From Hemiscyllium ocellatum (Eukaryota): 64,000 nt of DNA. Shown here one piece after another: positions 60,640 to 64,000 of this stretch. The DNA lies in assembly GCF_020745735.1 (NCBI RefSeq), contig NC_083418.1, positions 25,809,776 to 25,873,775 on the forward strand. Direction: 5' to 3'. Position 1 is the first letter of the stretch. Each line of letters begins with the position of its first letter. The notes under the pieces were generated by a model. It was given only the letters and a program-made list of their open reading frames with translations, ran no database searches and was not told the DNA's origin. A program made the translations under genes and the position numbers.

Positions 60640-63600
60640 TGTGGAATCAATCTATCCTACACTATTCCATTTTCATCCATATGTTTATTCAATGACCATT
60701 TAAATGCCCTTAAAGTTGGAGAGTCTACAACTGTTGCAGATAGGGCGTTCCAAGCCCCTACTACTCTGAGTAAAGAAGCTACCTCTGATATCACTCCTCA
60801 ATTTAAAGCGATGTCTCCTCATGCTAGCCATCACCATCTGAGGAAAAAGCTCTCACTGTCCACCCACTGTCTCACCCTCGATGATCTCATCTGTCTCAAT
60901 TAAGTCACCTCTCAACCTTCTCTCTAATGAAAACAGCCTCAGCCTTTCCTTGTAAGACCGTCCCTTCATACCAAGCAACATCCTAGGAAATCACCTCTGA
61001 ACCCTTTCCAATGCTTCCATATCATTGCTATAATGTGGTGACCAGAACTATACGCAGTACTCCCAAGTGCGGCCGCCCCAAAGTTTTGTACAGCTGCAGC
61101 ACGACCTCATGGTTCCCAAACTCAATCCCTCGACCAATAAAACCTAGCACACAGTATGCCTTTTTAACAAGCCTATCAACCTGGGTGGCAACTTTCAGGG
61201 ATCTATGTACATGGACACCAAGATCTCTCTGCTCATTTGCACTGCCAAGAATCTTACCATTAGTCCAGTACTCTTTATTACTGTTGCTCTTTCCAAAGTG
61301 AATCATCTCACACTTTTCCACATTAAACTCCATTTGCTACTTCTCAACCCAGCTCTGTAGCTATCTCTGACTCTCTGTAACCTGCAACATTCTTCGGCAA
61401 TATCCACAACTCCACTGACCTTAGTGTCACCCGCAAATTTTCTAATCCATCCTTCCACACCCTCATCCAGGTAATTTATAAACTGCCAAACAGCATTGGA
61501 CCCAAAACAGATCCTTGTGGTGCACCACTCGTAACTGAACTCTAGGGTGAATATTTCCCATTTCCCATCACCCACCACCCTGTCGTCTTCCAGCTAACCA
61601 ATTTCTGATCTAAATCACCCTCAATCCCATGCCTCTGTATTTTGTGCAATAACCCACCATGGGGAACCTTATCAAACCCCTTGCTGAAATCCATATACAC
61701 CACATCAACCCTCATCCACCTGTTTGGTCACCTCAAAGAACTCAATAAGGTTTGAGAGGCACGACCTGCCCTTCACAAAACTGTGTTGACTATCCCTAAT
61801 TTACTTACTCCTCTCCAGATGATTATAAATCCTATCTCTCGATACCTTTGCCAACATTTTGCCCACGACCGAAGTAAGGCTCACAGGTCTATAATTTCCA
61901 GTGTTGTCTCTACTCCCCTTCTCGAAGGAGGGAACAACGTTTGCTATCCTTCAGTCTTCTTGCACTATTCCTGTAGACAATGACGATGTAAAGATCAAAG
62001 CCAAAGGCTCTGCATTCTCCTCCCTAGCTTCCCAGAGAATCCTAGGATAAATCCCATCTGGCCCAGGGGTCATATCTATTATCACACTTTCCAGAATTGC
62101 TAACACCATCTCCTTGTGAACCTCAATCCCATCTAGTGTAGTAGCCTGTATCTCCGTATTCTCCTCAAAACAATGTCTTTTCCAGCGTGAACACTGAAAA
62201 ATATTCATTTAGTGCTTCTCCGCACACAATTTCCCACTACTGTCCTTGATTGGCCCTAATCTTACACTTGTCATTCTTTTGTTCCTGATATACCTATAGA
62301 AAGCTTTATGGTTTTCCTTGATCCTATATACCAATGACTTCTCATGTCCCCTCCTGGCTGTTCTTAGCTCTCTCTTTAGGTCTTTCCTGGCTAACTTGTA
62401 ACTCTCAAACACCCCAACTCAGCCTTCACGTCTCATCCTAATGTAAGTCGCCGCCTTCCTCTTGACAAGACTTCTTTCGTAAACCATGGCTCCGTTATTT
62501 GACCACTTCCTCCCTGCCTGACAGATACATACTTATCAAGGACATGCAGTAGCTGTTCCTTAAACAAGCTCCACATTCCAATTGTGCCCATTCCCTGCTG
62601 TTTTCTTCTCCATCCTAAACATCCTAATTCTTGCCTCATTGCATCATAATTACCTTTCTCCAGGCTATAACTCTTGCCCTGTGGTATACACCTATCCTTT
62701 TCCATAGCTAAGGTAAACATAGCCGAATTGTGGTCACTATCACCAAAGTGCTCACCTACCTCTAAATCTAACACCTGGCTGGTTTCATTACCCAGTACCA
62801 AATCTAATGTGGCCTCTCCCCTTGTTGGCCTGTCTACATACTGTGTCAGGAAACCCTCCTGCACACATTAGACAAAAACTGATACATCTAAAGTACTTGA
62901 ACTATAGTATTTCCAGTCAATATTTGGAAAGTTAAAGTCCCACATAACAACTACCCCGTTACTCTCGCTCCAGAATCCTCTTTGCTATCCTTTCCACAAC
63001 ATCTCTGGAACTAGTCAGAGGCATATAGAAAACTCGCAACAGGGTGATCCCTCCTTTCCTGTTTCTAACCTCAGCCCATGCTACCTCAGTTGACCGGTCC
63101 TCAAATGTCCTTTCTGCTACCATAATGTGTCCTTGATTAACAATGCAGACCTCCCCCTCTTTTACCATCTTCTCTTTTCCTACTGAATCATTTAAATCCT
63201 GGAATCTGCAATAACCATTTCTGTCCCTGCTCTATCCATGTATCCAAAAATGGCCACAACATTCGAAGTCCCAGGTACCAACCCATGCTGCAAGTTCACC
63301 CACCTCATTCTGGATACTCCTGGTGTTGAAGTAGACACATGTCAAACCACCTTTCTGCTTGTCGGTGCACTCTTGTGCCTTGAAACCATATTTCTGACCT
63401 CATTACTCTCAACCTCCTGGACACTGGAACTACAATTTGGGCTCCCATCCCCCTGCTGAATTAATTTAAACTCTCCCGAAGAGAATCTGCAAACTCCCTC
63501 CTCCAGGATATTAGAACCCCTCTGGTTCAGGTGAAGACCATCCTGTTTGTAGAGGTCCCACCTACCCCAGAAAGAGCCCCAATTATCCAGGTATCCAAAA

Positions 63601-64000
63601 CCCTCCCTCCTGCACCATCCCTGCAGCCACGTGTTCAACTCCCCTCTTTCTCTATTCCTTGCCTCAGCATGTGGCACGGGTAACAAACCAGAGGTAACAA
63701 CTCTGTTTGTTCTAGCTCCAAGCTTCCACCCTTGTTCCCTGAATTTCTGCCATAAATCCCCGTCTTTTTTTTAACCTGCGTCGTTGGTGCCTATGTGGAC
63801 CAAGACTTGGGGCTGTGCCCCCTCTCCCTCAAGGATCCCCAAAAACACGAACTGGAACATCATGAACCCTGGCACCTGGGAGGCAACACACCAACTGTGA
63901 GTTTCTCTCATTCCCACTGAGCCTTCTATCTGTCCCCATAACTATGGAGTCCCCAGTGACTAAAGCTCTGCTCCTCTCCCCGCTTCCCTTCTGAGCAACA
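60640..64000 (-). mobile_element. CR1-clade LINE, long degenerate copy with ORF1 and ORF2
   Basis: ORF1 SGNH-esterase fragments (VHIGTND near 63790; LYKQDGLHLN in 63342-63686), APE (EHFGDSDHN) and RT (PGPDGIYPRIL, KFAGDTKV) fragments. Confidence 0.92.

Overview
Vertebrate genomic DNA, almost certainly from a shark or other elasmobranch (inferred from HE1-type SINEs, HER1/CR1 LINEs and abundant Penelope-like elements). It holds the conserved PNPLA2 - RPLP2 - PIDD1 block. On the minus strand are the first coding exon of PNPLA2/ATGL (24557-24749, followed by an intron of more than 24 kb that runs off the window) and a complete 5-exon RPLP2 gene (about 32800-41240, 111 aa). On the plus strand are the probable promoter (about 46.7-47.5 kb) and first coding exon (58824-59067) of PIDD1. 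The rest is largely CR1 LINE fragments, tRNA-derived SINEs, two probable solo LTRs, a MITE and one 364-N gap. The most striking feature is a dense population of short Penelope-like (PLE) fold-back insertions from at least three families. They have long target-site duplications (TSDs, 9-20 bp) and carry minimal hammerhead-ribozyme (HHR) motifs. Some captured neighbouring genomic DNA, including a 633-bp near-perfect palindrome at 43801-44433 and a locally templated loop at 8921-8959. Also notable is a zero-spacer p53-type response element in the PIDD1 5' UTR whose two CATG cores are also upstream AUGs. All alignments were made by eye; no database search was run.
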